From an uncultured virus (IMG/VR IMGVR_UViG_3300025614_000002) (lineage: Duplodnaviria; Heunggongvirae; Uroviricota; Caudoviricetes), in the IMG/VR virus record IMGVR_UViG_3300025614_000002: a DNA stretch of 63,178 nucleotides. The stretch is one strand, 5' to 3'. Numbering within the stretch: the stretch's first letter is position 1; the number at the start of each line of letters is the position of its first letter. The translations under genes were made by a program, and so were the position numbers. Under the pieces are notes generated by a model. It was not told the origin of the DNA. It saw nothing but the letters and a program-made list of their open reading frames with translations, and did no database searches. This document shows positions 55,881 to 63,178 of the stretch, piece after piece.

Positions 55881-56578
55881 GTGTAGAACCCGGGTGCTTT
55901 GTTCTTCGTGCCGATGTTGCTGCTCTGGTAGTGCAGGTCCACGAACAGGAGGAAGGGGGGCTGATCCAGGGTGTCGGCGGCGTCCGCTGCGTCCCGGTAC
56001 ACCCGGCAGAGGAACAAGCCGTCAGGTTCCAGATCATCGGTGTCAATCTGCGCGGCGGTGGGGCTCGCTGCCGAAAGCTGGACCTCTGCGATGTTGTGCA
56101 TGTACTGCGTGCCACTCGCGGTCTGCACGACGCTGGTGGTCACGTTCGCGACGAAAGCCTGCTGCTGGTGACCCTTCGCGTAGGTCACCTCGAAATACCA
56201 CTTCACGTCGCCAGGGGCCGAGGCAGTGCCCCCGGTGTCCACTGTGTCCTGCGCCCAATGGCAGTGGATGAACACGTCGGTCCCCTCCACGTAGTCGTGG
56301 TCGAGGTGGTATTCGGTGAAAACCTCGTCTGCGCCGCCGGTCTGCTGAAACTGCCACTGCTTGATGCCACCCTTGAACGTGGTGAACGACGGACCGCCGC
56401 TGTTCGCGTCCACGCCGATCGGGCTCCGCAGGTCCCGCCATGTGTAGGTGGGCGTGTTCAGGTCCACCTTGACGGCGTTGCCGCTGGCCTTCGGCAGCAC
56501 CACGCTCCCACCAAGCTCCGGCTCGGTCACAGCCGTAGGGAGCCCCGTGTTGGCGTCGATCTGGAGGGTGTCTGCCAT
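55877..56578 (-). CDS. Beta-rich virion (fibre/decoration) protein
   Basis: HLDHDYVEGTDVFIHCHW; composition and context. Confidence 0.65.
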   Translation of the reverse strand: MADTLQIDANTGLPTAVTEPELGGSVVLPKASGNAVKVDLNTPTYTWRDLRSPIGVDANSGGPSFTTFKGGIKQWQFQQTGGADEVFTEYHLDHDYVEGTDVFIHCHWAQDTVDTGGTASAPGDVKWYFEVTYAKGHQQQAFVANVTTSVVQTASGTQYMHNIAEVQLSAASPTAAQIDTDDLEPDGLFLCRVYRDAADAADTLDQPPFLLFVDLHYQSSNIGTKNKAPGFYT

Positions 56579-56668
56579 GGGTCGTCCAGGCGGGGGGCGG
56601 GGTCAGGAACGAGGCCAAGCGGCCCCAGCTACGGCGGGGATGCCGTCGTAGCTGGGGCGCTGTCAGTC

Positions 56669-57976
56669 TCAGTTGTCGTAGAGGAACTGCGGCTGGAGGA
56701 GGACCGTGGCTGCCGCGTTCGCGACGTTGCCATTGTCTCCGACCAAGACGCCGACCTTGTAGACGCGCCCGCTCGTCGGCGCGGTCGTGGTGACCTGCCC
56801 CGCGGTCGCGTCGTCGGCATAGACGAAGTCCCCGATCAGCGCGCTGCCGGCCGCGACCGCCTGGGTGCATTTCACCGACACGATGCCCCCGAAGGCCCAG
56901 GCGACGCCGAGACCCACGGTGTTGCCCGCGACGCAGACGCCGACGGGGTTTCGGAGCACCGCCGTGGCGTGGTTGGCGTCGCACTTGTAGACCCGCGTGT
57001 CGGTCGAGAAGTCCAGCGAGACAAGATCGCCCGCGGCGACCGTCTCGCCCGCGAGCAGACCTCCCTGGACGATCGCCGTGGAGCCGTCCGCCGCCTCCAG
57101 GCCGATCGGCTTGTCGAAGGCGACCATCCCCTTCTGCGAGTCGATCGTCAGGTAGTCGGCGCCGCCGGCATCGAACACCAGCGCGGCAGCATCCCCCGCG
57201 GGCGCGGTGAAGGTGGCCGAGTCCCCGAAGGTCGCGTCGAACGTGCCCGTCGTGTCGAGCGTGGCCACGTCGGCATCCATGTCGAGAAGACCGTTACCGC
57301 CGCCGCTGTTGCTCGCGGCGATCGTGAGCGTCTTGTCGCTCCCGTCGTTCGCCGTCATGGTCAGGTTGCTGTTGTCGGTCGAGTCGATGCTGAGCGTACT
57401 CGCGTCCCAGGTGCCGGCACCGCTGTTCAAGTCGAGTGCGCCCGTGGTGGTGAGGTCGATCTCGGCCGCGTTGCCGGCGATGGTCACGCCGTCCACGCCG
57501 TCGAGGGCCAGGACGCCGCTGGTCGTGGTCGAGAGGGTGAGGCTGCCGCTCGCCACCGAGACGTTCGATGCGCCCGTGGCGTCGAGGCTCATGGCGCCCG
57601 TGGCGAGCACGTCCCAGGTGCCGGTCACGTCGATGTCGAGGTTCGCCGCCGCGTTGAGGTCCATAAGACCCGCGGACGTGACCGCGACCGTGCCGCTGGT
57701 GGTCGTCTCCAGCGTGAGGTTCGCGCTCGCCACAGAGAGGGCGGACGCTGCGCCCGCGTCGATGTCGAGGGCGCCCGTCGCCGCCATCGTGATCGAGGCG
57801 ACCGTGCCGCCCGTGGCGAGGTTGTCGGAGCCGTCGAAGCCGAGGGTGCCGTCGCCCGTACCGTCCGCGATCTGCTCAGCCGAGAAGGACGGACCGCCCG
57901 CGATCGAGTCGGCCGAGGTCGCGACGGTCAGGATTCCGTCGGTGTTCTTGACGAGGATGTTGTCGTAGGCTGCCAT
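56669..57976 (-). CDS. Fibre protein with C-terminal capsid-cement (DUF2190-like) domain
   Basis: GETVAAGDLV...VYADDATAGQVTTTAP...VGV. Confidence 0.65.
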   Translation of the reverse strand: MAAYDNILVKNTDGILTVATSADSIAGGPSFSAEQIADGTGDGTLGFDGSDNLATGGTVASITMAATGALDIDAGAASALSVASANLTLETTTSGTVAVTSAGLMDLNAAANLDIDVTGTWDVLATGAMSLDATGASNVSVASGSLTLSTTTSGVLALDGVDGVTIAGNAAEIDLTTTGALDLNSGAGTWDASTLSIDSTDNSNLTMTANDGSDKTLTIAASNSGGGNGLLDMDADVATLDTTGTFDATFGDSATFTAPAGDAAALVFDAGGADYLTIDSQKGMVAFDKPIGLEAADGSTAIVQGGLLAGETVAAGDLVSLDFSTDTRVYKCDANHATAVLRNPVGVCVAGNTVGLGVAWAFGGIVSVKCTQAVAAGSALIGDFVYADDATAGQVTTTAPTSGRVYKVGVLVGDNGNVANAAATVLLQPQFLYDN

Positions 57977-58013
57977 GGTAGGGTGCTCCGAGAAGGGAAG
58001 TGGAGGTGGGAGA

Positions 58014-59075
58014 TCAGGGGGTGAGGTACATGAATCGGGGGCGAAGCTGGACGGTAGGCGTCGTGGACGCGCCGTCGCCGCCTGTGAGCCAGCCCAGGAG
58101 GACCACGGCGGTGCCGCTGGTCGAGGGGATGGTCAGGGTCGCTTCACCCGCGTTCGCGGGGTCGAGGTAGACGCGGGAGCCGTTGCTCGCTGCGGCAGGT
58201 GCGCTGCCGAAGAGAACGGGGGCAGATCCTCTCTCATAGTAGGTGACTGCGGCGCCGCTTCCTACCCCCGCCTTGACGACGCCATGGGCGTCGGCGTCGG
58301 GCATAGTCGTCGCCTGTGCTTTGAGTATCTCGCCGGGCGTCCCGCTGGTGTCGAACCGTACGATCTCACCCAGAGCGAGAGCCTCCCCAGAGGTGCCAAT
58401 CCCGGTGACCGCGGTGGCCTCTCCGCCGAGGGCGTTGAGCTGGCTGAGTGCGCCGTCGCTCGGGGCCCGGAAGTACGGCTCCCCCGCTACGGTTCCCCCG
58501 GTGCCGTCCCCTACGAAGAAGACTCCCTTCGCTGCGGGAGTCGAGGGCGGAGCGTTCTGCGGCATGACCAGGTGGTCGCCTGCCGTGAGCGCGATGTCGT
58601 TGCCCTGAGACTCGTTGTAGATCCCCAGGGTCTCAGCGAGGTTCTGGTAGCCCACGATGACGTAGCCATCGACTACATCCAGGACGCCTTCGACATCGAT
58701 CTCGAGACGTCGGACCTCCTGCGGAACATCACCCGCCGAAGTACCGTCTACGGTGATCGTCTCGGACGAGAGCACCTTGGTGACATCGATCCACTTGTCC
58801 GCGAAGTCCCCGCTCCCCCCTCCGGAGAACCCCACTCGCTTCCAGCGGCCCACGGTGGTGTCGTAGGTCGGGGCGATGACGAAGGAGCCGTCGTCCGCTG
58901 TGGCGTCTCCATAGACAAAAGCGTACAGCCGGTTCAGATCCCGAACGAGGATCAGCTGGCCGTCATTGATGTCTCGCGCAGCCAGCAGACGCAGGGCCGC
59001 GATGTCCGCTACGGGATCTTGGAGTAGGTCTCCAGTGACGATACCCGAGCGGCGACGGTGCGTACGGCGACTCAT
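58014..59075 (-). CDS. Fibre/spike protein with paralogous C-terminal cement-like domain
   Basis: DDGSFVI..GRWKR N-domain; GEALALGEIV...VYLDPANAGEATLTIP. Confidence 0.65.
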   Translation of the reverse strand: MSRRTHRRRSGIVTGDLLQDPVADIAALRLLAARDINDGQLILVRDLNRLYAFVYGDATADDGSFVIAPTYDTTVGRWKRVGFSGGGSGDFADKWIDVTKVLSSETITVDGTSAGDVPQEVRRLEIDVEGVLDVVDGYVIVGYQNLAETLGIYNESQGNDIALTAGDHLVMPQNAPPSTPAAKGVFFVGDGTGGTVAGEPYFRAPSDGALSQLNALGGEATAVTGIGTSGEALALGEIVRFDTSGTPGEILKAQATTMPDADAHGVVKAGVGSGAAVTYYERGSAPVLFGSAPAAASNGSRVYLDPANAGEATLTIPSTSGTAVVLLGWLTGGDGASTTPTVQLRPRFMYLTP

Positions 59076-59443
59076 GCGGGGACCACCAGCCCCACCCAGG
59101 TATTCAGGGTCGGGGTGGCAGAACCGGAGATCGCGGTCACCTGCAGGTATACCCGCGTCAGTCCCTGCACCTCGATGGTGGCCAGGTCATTGTCGTTGAT
59201 GTTCATGGCTTCGCCCTTGTGCCACAGCCCGCTGATGGGGGAGTACCACCAGACCTGCAGGGAGAAGACCGGAGAGGTCCCCGCCACCGCAAAGAACAAG
59301 TGCAGGAACTCGTTGCGCTGCAGGAGAACGCCGTCTCCCGCAGCAGACGGCTCTGCCGTAGTGGCGGTGACGTCTGACAGGACCCTGCGCGCGTTGGCGG
59401 TGTCTCCCGCCTGGGCTGTCCGTACGATGACTTTCTTGGGCAT
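59072..59443 (-). CDS. Small beta-rich structural protein
   Basis: Start MPKKV at 59443 after GGAG. Confidence 0.55.
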   Translation of the reverse strand: MPKKVIVRTAQAGDTANARRVLSDVTATTAEPSAAGDGVLLQRNEFLHLFFAVAGTSPVFSLQVWWYSPISGLWHKGEAMNINDNDLATIEVQGLTRVYLQVTAISGSATPTLNTWVGLVVPA

Positions 59444-59694
59444 GAGCTCTCCCGGACTGTGCCGATCATACCGTGAATCTATCTCCCACCTGTGATTTCC
59501 GCCCACGCCGGAAGTTATTGAAAGATTCTTTCCGGGGGAGGGCAAATCTTCCTACTATACCTACAAGTAGCCCCACACAAAGGGGGTAAATATACAAGAG
59601 GTCGTTAGCCCAACAAAGAAATCCCCTCCCAAGCCGCATGAGGATTCCCTTACCCTACGAATTTCTCTCGAGAGGTCTCGCAGGGGCACGACGC

Positions 59695-59716
59695 AAAAAA
59701 GCCGCCCGAAGGCGGC
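59695..59716 (-). terminator. Rho-independent terminator
   Basis: gccgcc-TTCG-ggcggc-TTTTTT on the minus strand. Confidence 0.85.
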
Positions 59717-59740
59717 CTGTCTGGACAGTGGTGCTGCTGT

Positions 59741-60139
59741 CTACGCGATTACTCCCGCGAGTGCCTCAGCGGCCGGGTGGACCTTGCCCGCCAACCAGCC
59801 GACGACTCCGGGGTCTTGGCGTTTCGCCAGCGTGGCGACCTCTGCTGCGCGCTCTCCGAGCATGGGAGCGAGGCCTCTTCGTGCTGCTCCGCCGATGCCG
59901 GTGTTCATGATGAACGCGGGATCTCCCCGCTGCGCAGCCAGGTGCATGTTGTGCGCGATCTCTCCTGCTGCGGGTGCTGCCTTGATGTAGCCCTTGCCCG
60001 CTCGAGTCTTGGCGAACCGAGTCAGCAGCGGGCGTCCAGGGAGCAGCCCCTTGCGTGCCTGGTTCAGTCGCACGGGGTTGATCAGCGCCCTCTTCTCGAT
60101 TTCATGACTGAAGGCGCGCAGGACAAGCGGATCGATCAT
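59741..60139 (-). CDS. Putative cargo protein (AFSHEIEKRA leader), outside the structural cluster
   Basis: Leader motif then basic A/G-rich body. Confidence 0.6.
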   Translation of the reverse strand: MIDPLVLRAFSHEIEKRALINPVRLNQARKGLLPGRPLLTRFAKTRAGKGYIKAAPAAGEIAHNMHLAAQRGDPAFIMNTGIGGAARRGLAPMLGERAAEVATLAKRQDPGVVGWLAGKVHPAAEALAGVIA

Positions 60140-60154
60140 GGGAATCCCGGAGCT

Positions 60155-60173
60155 AAGAAGGGGCCGAAGCCCC
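60155..60173 (-). terminator. Rho-independent terminator after gyrB-like gene
   Basis: ggggc-TTCG-gcccc-ttctt. Confidence 0.7.
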
Positions 60174-60178
60174 CGCCC

Positions 60179-62077
60179 TCACTCTATGAGGGCGTCAGAT
60201 GTTGTGCGCTCCATGATATCCGTCAGGAGTGCGTAGCGGGCAGCAGGGTCGCGTCCCATGAGTGCTTGGATGGTTGCTTCCGTTTCCTCGGCGTCTTCTT
60301 CGCGAATGCCTACCTGAAGCATGCGTCGTGTTTCGGGGCTCATCGAGGTCGCGGCCAGCGTCTTGGGGGGCATCTCTCCCAGCCCCTTGAACCTGGTCAC
60401 CTGTGGATTGCTCCGCGGGTACTTGTCCATGAGTGTCGACAGCTCTGCCTCATCCGCTACCCAGTGGGACTTCTTCCCGATGTCCACCCGGTAGAGCGGA
60501 GGTATCGCCAGGTAGACCCTCCCGTCGAGGATGAGGTCCGGCATGAACCGGTAGAAGAATGTGAGCGCCAGCACTGCGATGTGATGGCCGTCGGAGTCGG
60601 CATCCATCAGCAGGATGACCTTGCCGTAGCGGAGCTTGGTGAGGTCCATGGAGCCCCCGATTCCGCACCCAAGCGCCTCGACGATGTTCGAGAGCTCCTG
60701 GTTCTTCATCACCTTCGCCAGTGAGGTGCTCTCGGTGTTCAAGATCTTGCCGCGCAAGGGCAGGATGGCCTGCGTCTTGCGATCCCTGGCCATCTTCGCA
60801 GAGCCCCCAGCCGAGTCACCCTCGACCAGGAACAGTTCGGTGTCCTCCCGTGACTGTGAGCTGCAGTCCGCCAGCTTGCCTGGGAGGCGCAGTCGGGAGA
60901 CCGCAGATGAGCGCCGGACAGTGTCCGCGGCAGCACGGGAGGCTGTCCGAGCTCGCGCGGCGTAGACGACGCGTCGGATGATGGCGGCCGTCTGCTCCGA
61001 GTTCTTCCGCAGCCACTCCGTGAGGGCGGGCCTAACCGTGTCCTCAACGAGCTTCTGCACCTCGGGGTTGTTCAGCTTGTCCTTGGTCTGCCCCCGGAAC
61101 TGCGGGTCCGAGATGAACACGGAGATGAGGGCAACCAGGCCTTCCCGCACATCGCTGGGGGTGATCTTCAGGCGCTTGGGCACATCCGGGTGGTCCTTCA
61201 TCGCGGCCCGCACGCAGTCCACCACAGCGGAGTCGAGGCCCTTCAGGTGAGTGCCTCCCTCATGAGTCGGGATGGCGTTCGCGAAGGAGACGACCTCTGA
61301 TGAGGGGCTGCTTGTCCAGGTGAGCGCCACCTGCATCCGAGGCTCTTCCGACTCCATCACGAACGGGAAGTCCGCGACGAGCTCATCTCCTCCGGTCTCC
61401 AGCTTCTCGGCCAGGAAGTCTACGAGCCCTCCGGTGAAGCAGAACTCTTCGGCGGGCTGGTCGTCCACCTCGAGGTGGAACATCACTCCTGGAGTGAGGT
61501 ACGCCCGGATCTTGACCCTCTCCCGGACCAGGTCGGGGTCGAACGACTGCTCTCCGAAGACCTCTGGGTCCGGATGGAACCCCACCTTCGTGCCGTGGTG
61601 GGTCTTGGGGCGCTTCCGAAGCTTCATCCTGCCCTGTGGAGCCCCACGAGAGAACTGCCGGTGGGCCTCTTGGCCTCCTCGGACGCTGGTGACTTCGAGG
61701 AAGTCGCTCAGCGCGTTGACGACGCTCGAGCCCACGCCGTGCAGTCCGCCCGCGGACTTGTAGGCCGTGTTGTCGAACTTCCCTCCCGCGTGGAGCGTCG
61801 TGAAGATCACATCCAAGGCAGAGGTCTTGGTCTTGGGGTGCTTGTCGAAGGGGATCCCACGCCCGTCGTCCCGCACCTCCGCGTAGTCTCCAGACAGCAG
61901 CACGGTGATGTGCGTAGCGTACCCAGCGATGGCCTCATCTACGGAGTTGTCCAAGATCTCCCACAGCAGATGGTGGTACCCCGACTTCCCCGTCCCACCG
62001 ATGTACATTGCCGCCCGACAACGTACGTTCTCGGGGTACTCCAGAACCTTGATGTTGTTTGCGCCGTAGTCACTCAT
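60179..62077 (-). CDS. gyrB: Type IIA topoisomerase subunit B (GyrB/ParE family)
   Basis: EILDNSVDE, DDGRGIP, LHAGGKF, GGLHGVG, VEGDSAGG, PLRGKILN, DADSDG, RFKGLGEM. Confidence 0.95.
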   Translation of the reverse strand: MSDYGANNIKVLEYPENVRCRAAMYIGGTGKSGYHHLLWEILDNSVDEAIAGYATHITVLLSGDYAEVRDDGRGIPFDKHPKTKTSALDVIFTTLHAGGKFDNTAYKSAGGLHGVGSSVVNALSDFLEVTSVRGGQEAHRQFSRGAPQGRMKLRKRPKTHHGTKVGFHPDPEVFGEQSFDPDLVRERVKIRAYLTPGVMFHLEVDDQPAEEFCFTGGLVDFLAEKLETGGDELVADFPFVMESEEPRMQVALTWTSSPSSEVVSFANAIPTHEGGTHLKGLDSAVVDCVRAAMKDHPDVPKRLKITPSDVREGLVALISVFISDPQFRGQTKDKLNNPEVQKLVEDTVRPALTEWLRKNSEQTAAIIRRVVYAARARTASRAAADTVRRSSAVSRLRLPGKLADCSSQSREDTELFLVEGDSAGGSAKMARDRKTQAILPLRGKILNTESTSLAKVMKNQELSNIVEALGCGIGGSMDLTKLRYGKVILLMDADSDGHHIAVLALTFFYRFMPDLILDGRVYLAIPPLYRVDIGKKSHWVADEAELSTLMDKYPRSNPQVTRFKGLGEMPPKTLAATSMSPETRRMLQVGIREEDAEETEATIQALMGRDPAARYALLTDIMERTTSDALIE

Positions 62078-62609
62078 CGGCGAACTCCTTGTAGATGTGC
62101 CGCCACCTCTCCCCGCGAAGGATTCGGTGGATCTGTCTGGGTTTTACGCCAAATCGAGCAGCCAATACCCGAGCTGGTACCGACTTTCCTACGGAGAGAA
62201 TCTCTCGAACCTGCGCGGCTGTGAGCTTCGCGTAGGAGGTTTCTCCATGAGCGTGTCTCTTCTTGGTCCGCATGTCGGCCAGGTTCTCGGCCTGAGTCCC
62301 GAGTGACAGATGAGCAGGATTGCAGCACGCAGGGTTGTCACACGAGTGCATGACAATCCCATCGCTCGGAGCAGCCAGCCCGAGAGCATGGGCCGCTGCT
62401 ACGCGGTGTGCCAAGAACACTTGGCTACGGTCAGCGCCCCTCACCCAGAGGGAGAAGGCGCCATACCCGTTTCGCTTGTTCGTGTGTCCGGTGTACACCT
62501 GGCAGCCGTCTCTTTCTTTCAGGGATGAGGTCACCTTGGAAACAGCGCGACCCCACAAGGTGGGGTCGCTCTCCAGTGCCTCCAGCATTCTCTTACTTGC
62601 CATCTTCAC
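62070..62609 (-). CDS. Free-standing HNH homing endonuclease with C-terminal HTH
   Basis: AHRV...VMHSCDNPACCNPAHL..GT..EN; AKLT...VREI. Confidence 0.9.
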   Translation of the reverse strand: MKMASKRMLEALESDPTLWGRAVSKVTSSLKERDGCQVYTGHTNKRNGYGAFSLWVRGADRSQVFLAHRVAAAHALGLAAPSDGIVMHSCDNPACCNPAHLSLGTQAENLADMRTKKRHAHGETSYAKLTAAQVREILSVGKSVPARVLAARFGVKPRQIHRILRGERWRHIYKEFADE

Positions 62610-62961
62610 CTTCCTTTGGTGGGCATTTGGGCGGGCTCACCAGTACCTTCAGTTGGTCGGTTTTGCGCTCCCTCCAGGCAGCGGTGATGCTGAGGTCCAC
62701 CATCAACGCCCCGGGGAGCATGATGAGGATGGCTATGAAGGTCAGAACCCCCCATGCCCCGTAGGCGTCTCCGACCCACGAAAAGGCGTGAGCCCAGAGT
62801 GGAAGAAGAAGACAGAGCGCCAGTGGGGTGAGCATCTCTAAGCAGGGAATGCGTCGTCGATACCGAGAGTATCCCTTTTCCATGGCTTTCAGCAGCGTGG
62901 CCCGCACGACCAAGTACGGGAGCCCTACCGCCACTACGGCACAGAGCAGGCCGCCACTCAT
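62593..62961 (-). CDS. Membrane protein (about 3 TM)
   Basis: Three hydrophobic segments; ATGA-coupled. Confidence 0.6.
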   Translation of the reverse strand: MSGGLLCAVVAVGLPYLVVRATLLKAMEKGYSRYRRRIPCLEMLTPLALCLLLPLWAHAFSWVGDAYGAWGVLTFIAILIMLPGALMVDLSITAAWRERKTDQLKVLVSPPKCPPKEGEDGK

Positions 62962-63002
62962 GCCGCCTCAAGAACCTGAATACTTCCTGCGTCGTAGCTC
63001 AT
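62958..63002 (-). pseudogene. Relic gyrB 5' end (MSYDAGSIQVLEAA*)
   Basis: Hand translation; matches the GyrB/ParE N-terminal Y.A..I.VLE motif; GGAG/AAGG upstream; coupled on both sides. Confidence 0.65.
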
Positions 63003-63178
63003 TTCGCCTTCTCCCTGTCCTCATGCCACTCCCAGAGGTTCTTGGCGTACTCCCAGACCCAGGAACTTCCGTCAACGTAGATGCGCGGGAAGTTCCAGAT
63101 GTTCTGGTCGAGGGCGCCGACGTACCGCACCTGTTCGAGCGGCAGGCCGGGCATCTGGATCTCGGCGGCCCAGTCACC
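62999..63178 (-). CDS. 3' end of a hypothetical phage gene (truncated by window)
   Basis: Hand translation ...QNIWNFPRIYVDGSSWVWEYAKNLWEWHEDREKAK*. Confidence 0.6.
   Translation of the reverse strand, partial: GDWAAEIQMPGLPLEQVRYVGALDQNIWNFPRIYVDGSSWVWEYAKNLWEWHEDREKAK

Noticed and set aside
55931..58024. 697-aa plus-strand ORF and similar long R/G-rich overlapping ORFs throughout
   Set aside because: Shadow frames of genes with clear motifs and SDs on the other strand or frame
62968..63177. 69-aa ORF from the track
   Set aside because: Another frame (62999..63178) gives a more protein-like sequence coupled to the gyrB relic
1..63178. CRISPR array, tRNAs, introns/inteins in RNAP, TerL or GyrB, alternative genetic code
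   Set aside because: No spaced repeats or cloverleafs seen by eye; conserved genes are uninterrupted under the standard code

Overview
High-GC fragment of a large contractile-tailed (myovirus-like, probably jumbo) bacteriophage genome; I saw no rRNA, tRNA or CRISPR. The + strand carries a virion morphogenesis module: portal, baseplate spike, terminase large subunit, prohead protease, major capsid protein, neck, sheath and tube. Embedded in it is a 2108-aa single-chain beta-beta' fusion RNA polymerase. The - strand carries small gene islands, a MoxR/CbbQ-type AAA + vWA pair, a fibre/decoration cluster, a type IIA topoisomerase B subunit and an HNH endonuclease; a ParB-like gene lies on the + strand among them. 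The most striking unexplained structure is a family of about 15 small proteins with shared acidic leaders (M[DN]K[IL]A[AE]YE..L..HPLW or F.DE[LM].K.A) ending in K-x-A-[SGA]. The same motif peppers the head proteins, and it is followed by basic/glycine-zipper payloads, including a J-domain and a HiPIP-like domain. I infer a capsid-targeting plus protease-release cargo system. Also notable are a candidate phage promoter (G-N-CATAA-[CG]) before five - strand islands and a relic gyrB 5' end left upstream of an HNH cassette. All calls come from motif recognition by eye; no database search was run.
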